A stretch of 64,000 nt of DNA from positions 1-64,000 of the IMG/VR virus record IMGVR_UViG_3300024239_000011. One strand, written 5' to 3'. Shown here one piece after another: positions 56,518 through 64,000 of the stretch (positions within the stretch are counted from its first letter, which is position 1; the number at the start of each line of letters is the position of its first letter). The position numbers and the translations under genes are program-made. The notes below the pieces were generated by a model that saw only the letters and a program-made list of their open reading frames with translations, was not told where the DNA came from and made no database searches.

Positions 56518-56551
56518 CACCCCTTGGCTAAATATAGCCACGGAGGTGTTA
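56515..56551 (+). promoter_or_regulatory. late promoter in the loop of an RBS-occluding hairpin
   Basis: taacacc-cc-t-tggcta[aata]tagcca-c-gg-a-ggtgtta; GGAGG lies in the 3' arm. Confidence 0.65.
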
Positions 56552-56552
56552 A

Positions 56553-57101
56553 GTGAAAATACGTGAAATTCTCAGAGAAAGTACGTTTTCCCCCAATGAA
56601 GTTTACCTTCACGGGGGTCCGAAGGCACTCACTACGGGGCATTTCAAACGCTATGGGCGTGATGGGATGGATAGCGGAGCCTTGTTTTTCATCAAGGAAA
56701 GCCCGACCGGATGGCGATATGCGGTCGGTTATGCGATGACCAAACCAGATGGTGGTGTATATCGGTGTCGCATCAAGCTCACACCCGATCAAGTTTTTGA
56801 TTTCGCCAATCCGCAGCACCGTTGTCTTGCCCGTACCAATTTGTCTCCCGAGGAATTTAAATCGTGGAACGACGCTTCGCGGAACGGGCATCTCGATTGG
56901 ACTTCCATAGATGATGAATTGATGGGAGAATGGGGGTTTAAAGGGGCGGTACTGTTTGAACGCCCGGCTGGAATAAACGGCTATGATGAAGACGCCGTGT
57001 CGGTCGGGGTGTTTGACCCGGCGGATGTTGAAATCTTGGGGTTTACCCCGAAGGAAGAAGTTCTACAGAAATACCCATTTCCGGTACCGGGACAAAACTG
57101 A
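56553..57101 (+). CDS. leader-bearing ART-PolyVal-like protein
   Basis: MKIREILRES; YLHGG...GALFF...AVGYA...WGFKGAV...VGVFDP. Confidence 0.6.
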   Translation: MKIREILRESTFSPNEVYLHGGPKALTTGHFKRYGRDGMDSGALFFIKESPTGWRYAVGYAMTKPDGGVYRCRIKLTPDQVFDFANPQHRCLARTNLSPEEFKSWNDASRNGHLDWTSIDDELMGEWGFKGAVLFERPAGINGYDEDAVSVGVFDPADVEILGFTPKEEVLQKYPFPVPGQN

Positions 57102-58090
57102 TGCGTATTCAAGAAATTCTCACTGAAGCATCCAGCCAAGGTGTTCCTGTAATTTCCAAGCAGGAAGCGGCAGATCGTAAACTGTTTGGACCTGTCTATC
57201 ACGGGTCGTCTAGTATCGACACGATTCTGAAGACCGGTTTCGACCCCAACCGATCCCGCCCCACCGGGGTTTCCCGCCAAGGTTTCCGCCTTCAGGCAGT
57301 CGGAAACGGCATCGCCAACGGGTATCCGTTTGACCAATACGCGCCGGGGATGGGCATTCCCGCACCAATCCATCACCTGGGTTTCGCGGTTTACTTCACC
57401 ACGAGCAAGACCATCGCCAAGATGTATAACGGAGACTCGTTGAAGGGTATCCGTGAATTCTACTTGGATGTTCCTAACCGAACCGACATCAATTTCGCTG
57501 CCCCCAACACCATGATGCGATGGTGGCGTCAGCATGGCTACAACCCGGACCCTGATATCCTCAAGAACCATGACGTGGCTAGTTGGATACAGGCGACCGA
57601 CGAACTCACCAAGACCCTTTCGAGCCAATACGATGCGGTATGGTTCAAGGGTAAGAGCATCCGGGGACGCGCCCTCGACGGCGACCAGATCGCGGTGTAT
57701 GACGCCTCACGAATCTATGTCATCGACCCGAAGCTTTCGAGCGGTTTGGACATTGGCGCCAAGGTGCGCCACAACCAGAAAATCCTTCATTACGCGGACT
57801 ACCCCACAGTTGAACTCGATGATGTGATTGCGGATGCGCGTTTCACGGGCTGGCGTGCGATGTACCGCCGGGATGCGGCGGGTTCGGACAGCCCATTCGC
57901 CGGGCGCTCCATTCCGTTGCTGTACATTCCACCACCGACCATGGTCGGGGTCATTGTCAAAAAGAGTGAACTTGCACCACATACCCGCGATCATCATGGT
58001 GGGCGGTCCTGCCTCGTATCAGTTAAATGGCAGAAAGGCGGGACATAGGACAACTATTACGAAGATGAACTCGAACCGGTGGTCAAATGA
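57101..58090 (+). CDS. leader-bearing ART-like protein with C-terminal KOW/SH3-like domain; in-frame TAG at 58046-58048
   Basis: MRIQEILTEA; PVYHGS...LKTGFD...FAVYFTT...YDAVWF...QIAVYD; frame continues past TAG as DNYYEDELEPVVK to a TGA overlapping the next ATG. Confidence 0.65.
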
Positions 58091-58563
58091 AGATACAGGA
58101 AATACTTCAGGAAGGTGTACTCAAGGACGAACCCCATATTGTTCGCACCTTTGATATTCATGACATCGGTAATCGTCGCTTCATGTTTCATCCCAATAAA
58201 CATCAGATGATCCTTGGGGATGCTCGTGGTGCTGGGAAAGGGCGCGTTGTACGAGGCAGCCATGCCGAGGAATATTACGAACTGTTCGGTACCAACAACG
58301 GGTTCGATGACTGCGCTCGTGGCTGGGTTGGTTGTGGAGGATCATATAATAATGGAATCATCCATTTTGCCCCAATGATCCCCGACCCCACCCCGGAGGC
58401 ATGGCAATATTACGAGGCAGGATGGAAATGTCTGGAATATTTTGTCAAGAACGGCGGCGCCACCCCGAAGACAGTCGTGCGTGGATTTGGTCGAACCAAC
58501 TTCGAGCAGACCATCGCTGATATTTTCAAGCCGGTCAGAGATACGTCTTCAGCCAAGCAATAA
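58087..58563 (+). CDS. leader-bearing hypothetical protein (MKIQEILQEG)
   Basis: ORF; HAEE and ARGWVG motifs. Confidence 0.65.
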   Translation: MKIQEILQEGVLKDEPHIVRTFDIHDIGNRRFMFHPNKHQMILGDARGAGKGRVVRGSHAEEYYELFGTNNGFDDCARGWVGCGGSYNNGIIHFAPMIPDPTPEAWQYYEAGWKCLEYFVKNGGATPKTVVRGFGRTNFEQTIADIFKPVRDTSSAKQ

Positions 58564-59161
58564 ACTCTTCCGGGGTTTTTTCTTCGTCATCACCATCCTC
58601 AATGATGGTGGTAAATTTACCCTTAATGACAAAATCGATCAAGGTCTTGGCAGATTCTCGATTTGCCGCTGACGACTGGATAACGTAAAGTGTTTGACCT
58701 TTTGGCTCTAGATTGAAAATTGCATGTATTTGGCGTGCTGCTCGACTTGGGACTAGCTCACCAGTTTCAGTAATACGCATATCTTCTGCCGTGAGTGGAC
58801 GAAAATCACCCGGAACATCATCAGGGTCGTAGTTTTCGGGCACGAATACGAATTCTACCCCAGACTGCCGCACATAGAAACATGGACAATCCCGGAACGT
58901 ACTCTTGTAGTACGTTACATAGGGATCATTACGCAGACGCAAATCACCGGGTTTCTTACCCCAGTTATAGTCAGGGAACGTTTGAGCGAGATTTACCACA
59001 CCAACCGCTTTGACGAGCTTGGTGTATGAAATTTCAACGGCATTGTCCATCATGGCTTCGAGAAACGGTGCCATATGTTCATTTGTGCAATTGCCTATGT
59101 ATTGGAAGCCCTGTCCTTGGTCGGTACTCTCAATGAGATCAAGAATTTCTCGAATATCCAT
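58535..59161 (-). CDS. leader-bearing hypothetical protein (MDIREILDLIES)
   Basis: TATAAATA at 59183-59190; internal MRITE repeat of the leader. Confidence 0.65.
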   Translation of the reverse strand: MDIREILDLIESTDQGQGFQYIGNCTNEHMAPFLEAMMDNAVEISYTKLVKAVGVVNLAQTFPDYNWGKKPGDLRLRNDPYVTYYKSTFRDCPCFYVRQSGVEFVFVPENYDPDDVPGDFRPLTAEDMRITETGELVPSRAARQIHAIFNLEPKGQTLYVIQSSAANRESAKTLIDFVIKGKFTTIIEDGDDEEKTPEEFIAWLKTYL

Positions 59162-59219
59162 GTTTTACTCCGCGCAACGGAGTATTTATAAGAAAGCCCC
59201 CGCTTACGCGGGGCTTTCT

Positions 59220-59453
59220 TTAGGAACGGACACGCGCAGATTGCGTTTCCATAACCATGATCTCGATGTCTGCCGAGCGAAGCGTTTTCACCAAAGACTC
59301 CAGGCTCTCTTCCATCTTTTCCCCAGCTTGCGGATCGGGCGGAACGGTTACTTTGACACCGTTTTCCGACAGAAATTTAGCAAATGTCACGGCCAAAGTT
59401 GTCTTTTTGGAATGCTCGGGTCCGCTGATCTGAACAATTACACGACTGGTCAT
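59220..59453 (-). CDS. hypothetical protein
   Basis: GGAGG RBS; terminator at about 59191-59220. Confidence 0.6.
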   Translation of the reverse strand: MTSRVIVQISGPEHSKKTTLAVTFAKFLSENGVKVTVPPDPQAGEKMEESLESLVKTLRSADIEIMVMETQSARVRS

Positions 59454-59574
59454 TAATCTACCTCCACAGAGTTTGTTGATTCCTTATATCGCAAACGGAA
59501 GAATGCTCAAGTTAATATATCATGTGGTTGGAAAATGTCATAAAACTCGCTGTTAAATAGAAACGGAGGACAAC

Positions 59575-59997
59575 ATGGACATATTCATTCACCCACGTAT
59601 TGAGATCAGTAAGATCGCCCCATCAAAGCCCTACGCGGTCATTTCAATCACCGACGAGGGCAACGACTTTGCGCCGATATTCGTCAGCCCAAACCTCAAA
59701 GATGTTTTGCGCTGCCACTTTGACGACATCGCCCAGCACTACCCTGGTTACACGGTATTTGACGCCGCTATGGCGGCGCGTATTTGGGCGTTTGTGGATC
59801 AGCTTGAGAGTATTGAAGAACTCCATATTAACTGCGAAGCCGGGCGCTCGCGTAGTGCCGCCGTAGCGGCAGCGATCTGCCTATATAAGAATGGCGTAGG
59901 ATCAGATTCCTGGGTGTGGAACGAACAATGGCGGTTCGGTATTTTCAAACGGAACTATCGCATCAGATCAGGTAGACCCCATGGGTTGATCGGCTGA
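59575..59997 (+). CDS. Cys-based protein tyrosine/dual-specificity phosphatase-like protein
   Basis: AVISITD...HFDDI...INCEAGRSRSAAVA (Cx5R); C-terminus may be altered by the adjacent IS. Confidence 0.75.
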   Translation: MDIFIHPRIEISKIAPSKPYAVISITDEGNDFAPIFVSPNLKDVLRCHFDDIAQHYPGYTVFDAAMAARIWAFVDQLESIEELHINCEAGRSRSAAVAAAICLYKNGVGSDSWVWNEQWRFGIFKRNYRIRSGRPHGLIG

Positions 59998-60053
59998 TTC
60001 GACAAATAGCGTGAAACCTGCTACAATAGCGGCGAATCAAACGGATTGCCGCC

Positions 60054-60971
60054 ATGGAACTCGTTCAGTTCTTCCAGAAATTTAGCAGTGAAGAAATCTG
60101 CTACGCCTATCTTGAGCGGGTGGTGTGGTCTGATGGTCGCATCTGCCCCAAGTGCGGCGTCATCGGGGAATCTTGGCGGCTCAAATCCAAGCCCCACTAC
60201 TACGAGTGTAAGTGCGGACATCAGTTCTCGGTGACTGCAAACACTTTGTTCCACAAAACCCGCATCCCGCTGGTCAAGTGGTTCGCCGCTATCTTCCTAC
60301 TGGCGGATTCCTCCAAGGGCATCAGCACGAACAAAGCCGCCAAGTGGCTCGGACTGCACTATCAGACGGCTTGGCACATGACCCAGCGTATCCGTGCCAT
60401 GATGGCTGACGCCGATCCTGCCGTGCTGACCGGGATCGTGGAATTGGACGAAACCTATGTCGGTGGCAAACCGCGTTTCACTCGGGACGAGAACGGCGTG
60501 GTGGTCAAACACAAGACCGGACGTGGTACCGACAAGCAAGCGGTGTTTGTCGCCGTCGAGCGGAACGGCAACGTGCGGGCTGACCTCATAGACAGCCATG
60601 GTGTCACGGACATCAAGCCGCTGGTCAACCAGTGGGTAGATCGGGATGCCCAATTGATGACCGATGAATTGCCCGCCTACAAAGGGATCGGACGGGATTA
60701 CCGCTATCACCATGTTGTGTTCCACAAAGACCGCGAATATGCCCGTGACGGCGGAATCCACAACAACACCGCCGAATCCTTCAACAGCACGATCAAACGT
60801 GCTGTGATCGGCGTCTATCACTACGTCAGCAAGAAACACATGATTCGATATGTTGAAGAGGCGGTGTTCCGTTGGAACACCCGTCGCTCCACCAACATGG
60901 AGCGGTTCGATCTGATCTTGACCCAATCGGTGGGACGGCTCTTGCCGTTCAAGTACCTGACGGGAAATTAA
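60054..60971 (+). mobile_element. IS1595-family DDE transposase (element ends not defined)
   Basis: Zn ribbon CPKCG..ECKCGHQFSVTANTLFH; VELDETYVGGK; LMTDE; HNNTAESFNSTIKR; own TCGACA-N17-TACAAT promoter. Confidence 0.88.
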
Positions 60972-60974
60972 CGT

Positions 60975-61068
60975 CCTGAATAGATTGATGAATAGACTGG
61001 TCGTTCGCCATGCCGTGTCCCTTGGCTACGCACACAACACATCGATGCCTGAATAGATTGATGAATAG
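60975..61068 (+). repeat. 21-bp direct repeat pair
   Basis: cctgaatagattgatgaatag at 60975 and 61048. Confidence 0.8.
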
Positions 61069-61120
61069 CAAATGTGACCCCGCCTCCATTCGAGGGGACG
61101 GACGCCAGAAGTATCAAGTT

Positions 61121-61212
61121 TGCTAAATAGAAGTAGCGGTAATTGTTGGTGTCGTTACCACCAGCAAAACCCCAGCAGATGTATGGGGCTGTCCCGCTTG
61201 ATCTATTTAGCA
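61121..61212. other. three-way-junction inverted-repeat element directly upstream of tnpB
   Basis: Outer arms tgctaaataga/tctatttagca; inner hairpins ttgttggtg/caccagcaa and cccca/tgggg. Confidence 0.55.
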
Positions 61213-61213
61213 G

Positions 61214-62389
61214 ATGAAAACACAGAAAGCATTCAAACTACGACTATACCCGAAGCAATTGCAATCCGAACAACTGAAGCAGTTCGGCGGCAATTGCCGT
61301 TGGTTGTGGAATCATTTGCTTTGGCTGAACCAAGAGCAATACCGCACTGACAAGAAGTTCATCTTCTACGCAGATATGGCAAAGATGTTGCCGTCGATGA
61401 AGAAAGAGACTGATTGGCTCGGGGCAGCACCGGCTTGTTCCCTGCAACGAGTAGCCAGAAACCTTGATGGTGCCTTGAAGGCATCTTTCCGTGGTGGTAA
61501 GGGATTCCCTCGCTTCAAAAAGAAATCGAACTACCGCGACTCATTCTATTTGACCAACCAATCTTTTTCCATAGGGGATGGCGTTGTCCATTTGCCCAAG
61601 ATGGAGCCGATGCGGTTCCGTGCGGGACGAACACCCGAAGGACGGGTTCTATCCGCCACGGTGAGCCAAGACGGCGATCACTGGTTCATGAGTGTGGTGT
61701 GTGAGATCGACGCCCCCAATCAGCCCGTGACACCTGACTTCGATACCTGTGTTGGTATCGACCTCGGATTGAAGGAATTGGTCGTCACCTCCGATGGTGA
61801 GGTAATCGGGAATCCCCGCCATTTGCGGAAGGCAGCCAAGCGGCTACGCCGCCTGCAACGCCGTCTGAGCAAAGCCCGCAAGGGCAGTCAGAACCGAAAG
61901 AAACGCCAATTACGGCTCTACCGGCAACACCGCCGCGTGCGGAACCAACGAGCCGATTTGATCCACAAATTCACCAGTTCGATAACCAAGAACTACAGCG
62001 TGATTTGTGCTGAGAATCTGAACATCAAGGGATTGATACGGAACCACAAATTGGCAAAAGCCATCGCGGATGCCAGTTGGGGCGAAATCCTCCGTCAGTT
62101 GTCCTATAAGGCAATCTGGCAGGGAAAGCATTTCGTCCAAATCGACCGCTTTGATCCCTCAAGTCAGGTATGTTCGTGTTGTGGTCATCGACAGAAAATG
62201 CCGCTGAATCAACGAACCTATCATTGCCCCAACTGCGGTTTGGTCATCAACAGAGACGCTAATGCGTCCCTGAATATCCGCAATTGGGGCTTTACCAATT
62301 TGGTAGGGCAAGGAATGCCCGAACCGACCGCTCATGCGGTCAACGCCTGTGGAGATACCTCTGTCGGGATCAAGTCGCTCGCGGCTTGA
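61214..62389 (+). mobile_element. tnpB: TnpB RNA-guided endonuclease (IS200/IS605/IS607 type), no cognate tnpA seen
   Basis: AFKLRLYP HTH; GIDLG, ICAENL, NRDANA RuvC triad intact; CSCCG/CPNCG Zn finger; tcgctgaaacaggaa right-end-like motif downstream. Confidence 0.9.
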
Positions 62390-62531
62390 TTAGGTATGTG
62401 TCGCTGAAACAGGAATGTCGCTCATCTGGTGTTTACCTGATATGATGCGATAGTTCCGTTGGTCTATGGGATCATGACCAACATGAAAGGGCTTACCCCA
62501 ACCGTTGATCTTGGGGAATTTGAAAAAATGA

Positions 62532-62858
62532 TTAGCTTTGGTGGGATTTGATGTCAGGTAGGGTTTCATCTGACCAATTAAGAAAGGTGTACGACCCGTC
62601 CGCATATGTATGCTGAACAGAAAGCCCGGTAGCCGTATTTTCACCAAGAATATTTCCACATGGAATAACTGGCAATGGCAGTGTCGGACTATCACTGTCA
62701 ATTGCCCACTTCGCTTTGAGGCGGGAACGTTGTTCCCGCATCTCATGATGGGCGGTGGTATCTTTACAATAGTTGAAGTCGGGACGATAGATTTTGTCAC
62801 CGGATTGAATAAACAATCCGGTATCATCTTCCTGTATGGTCAGCTTTTTCCGCGCCAT
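62532..62858 (-). CDS. hypothetical protein
   Basis: GAGG RBS. Confidence 0.55.
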   Translation of the reverse strand: MARKKLTIQEDDTGLFIQSGDKIYRPDFNYCKDTTAHHEMREQRSRLKAKWAIDSDSPTLPLPVIPCGNILGENTATGLSVQHTYADGSYTFLNWSDETLPDIKSHQS

Positions 62859-62907
62859 AAATCACCTCATGTGGTACAGAAGTATTTATGGCGCGGAAAA
62901 TGAAAGC

Positions 62908-63387
62908 CTAATCGGCGCTGGTACCCGCCAGAGCCTTTGCCAGCGCCATGACTTGCTGACGCACCTTAGGGTCATTGATTTTGTAATAGGCACGCACCAG
63001 TTCCAGCGTTTCGCGCTTGGTCATGGGGTCGTTGGTCAACGCGGAAATATCCGGATCGGTGGTTGCCCCGACCATCATGGCAGGACTGTGATCTTTCACA
63101 GTTTCGTTCATGTCATCGAAGAAAAAGCTGACGGGGACATCCATGACCCGGCTCAGATCGAACAGACGCGAAGCACCGACACGATTGGCGCCGCGCTCGT
63201 ACTTCTGGACCTGCTGGAAAGTCAGACCGAGAGCTTCGCCCAACTTTTCCTGGCTCATGCCAAGCAAGGTACGGCGCAGACGCACCCGAGCACCCACATG
63301 CACATCAATGGGGTTGGGATTGCCCGAGGGCGTCCGTCCCCGGCTAGAGGTGCGACGCTGGGTTTTCGGCTGGGCGGTGGTAGTCAT
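62908..63387 (-). CDS. XRE-family HTH regulator, alphaproteobacterial type
   Basis: PNPIDVHVGARVRLRRTLLGMSQEKLGEALGLTFQQVQKYERGANRVGASRLF. Confidence 0.9.
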   Translation of the reverse strand: MTTTAQPKTQRRTSSRGRTPSGNPNPIDVHVGARVRLRRTLLGMSQEKLGEALGLTFQQVQKYERGANRVGASRLFDLSRVMDVPVSFFFDDMNETVKDHSPAMMVGATTDPDISALTNDPMTKRETLELVRAYYKINDPKVRQQVMALAKALAGTSAD

Positions 63388-63494
63388 ATCAACGTTCTCC
63401 ATCGAAATTGATAATGTGAACATATACTCTCATATTCAACAACGCAAGCCAGAAGTTGCAAACCTTGGATTTTACCACTTGGAGCAGCGATGGG

Positions 63495-63522
63495 TTGACA
63501 AATATGAATAAAACTGTATAGT
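63495..63522 (+). promoter_or_regulatory. sigma70-like early promoter
   Basis: TTGACA-N16-TATAGT. Confidence 0.65.
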
Positions 63523-63546
63523 ACATTAGTTTTCGAGGATACGATT

Positions 63547-64000
63547 ATGAGCGCCCGTTTCAAATATCAAACTACACATCATTTTGAGTGGTCGCCCGGT
63601 GTGTCGAACGACGACGAGGTGCTGAAATCCTCTGCTCATTTTGTTGGGAAGCGTGTCATCGCTACCAAAAAGATGGATGGTGAGAACACCAGCATCTATT
63701 GGGACAGTTATATGCACGCCCGCAGCATTGATGGGCATGGTCACGAAAGCCAGGACTGGGTGAAGGGTCAAGTGGTGCCTTATGTGGCGCCGCACCTCCC
63801 CGAAGGCTGGCGCATCTGCGGCGAGAATCTGTATGCGAAGCATTCACTCGCCTACGACAATCTCCCGACCTATTTCATGGTTTTCTCGATCTGGGATGCC
63901 GAGAACCGCGCCCTGTCCTGGGATGACACCAAGGAATGGTGCGAACTGCTGGGGCTTCAGACCGTACCGGTTCTCTATGACGGTATTTGGGACGAAAAAA
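63547..64000 (+). CDS. ATP-dependent RNA ligase family protein (partial, runs off the window)
   Basis: Hand translation MSARFKYQTTHHFEWSPGVSNDD...TKKMDGENTS...ICGENLYAKHS...FMVFSIWD...LGLQTVPVLY. Confidence 0.8.
   Translation, partial: MSARFKYQTTHHFEWSPGVSNDDEVLKSSAHFVGKRVIATKKMDGENTSIYWDSYMHARSIDGHGHESQDWVKGQVVPYVAPHLPEGWRICGENLYAKHSLAYDNLPTYFMVFSIWDAENRALSWDDTKEWCELLGLQTVPVLYDGIWDEK

Noticed and set aside
58046-58048. Genome-wide TAG recoding (alternative genetic code)
   Set aside because: TAG terminates several well-bounded genes (20994, 22815, 29675, 36971), and long conserved genes are not interrupted by TAG.
59220-59453. P-loop kinase
   Set aside because: GPEHSKKTT deviates from GxxxxGK[ST], and 77 aa is too short for the fold.
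59930-61120. Terminal inverted repeats and target duplication of the IS1595 element
   Set aside because: Only a loose match (ctatcgcatcagatcagg versus the reverse complement of the 21-bp repeat); the ends could not be placed by eye.

Overview
This window is part of a large lytic dsDNA phage genome, most likely a T4-related jumbo myovirus. It encodes a gp4-like head-completion nuclease, a gp17-like terminase paralog, a gp19-like tail tube and a tube-fold baseplate protein. The host is probably an alphaproteobacterium, inferred from an alphaproteobacterial-type XRE regulator. Small early genes behind sigma70-like TTGACN-N17-TANNNT promoters are interleaved with genes behind a T4-late-like TAAATA box. 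Main signal: about 21 unrelated proteins share an N-terminal M-[KR]-[IL]-x-[ED]-[IL]-x(1-4)-E leader resembling a capsid-targeting/prohead-protease signal. Their cargo includes at least 7 ADP-ribosyltransferase-like domains, GNATs, an amidoligase and a ParB-like domain, which suggests a packaged, injected effector arsenal. Six of these genes have the ATG exactly 5 nt after TAAATA with no Shine-Dalgarno (probably leaderless late mRNAs). Several other late genes have RBS-occluding hairpins that overlap the promoter. Other notable items: an ORF-less group I intron splitting the tail tube gene next to a divergent free-standing GIY-YIG/NUMOD3 endonuclease; an intein in RtcB plus two more RNA ligases; a six-member MGISFxGG-leader Ig/LamG fibre family; a major-vault-protein-like gene; an ATPase-dead terminase paralog; stand-alone cNMP-binding and SET proteins; a degenerate tRNA-Asp(ATC); two candidate ncRNAs; and adjacent IS1595 and TnpB genes. 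All family calls come from motif recognition by eye; no database searches were run.
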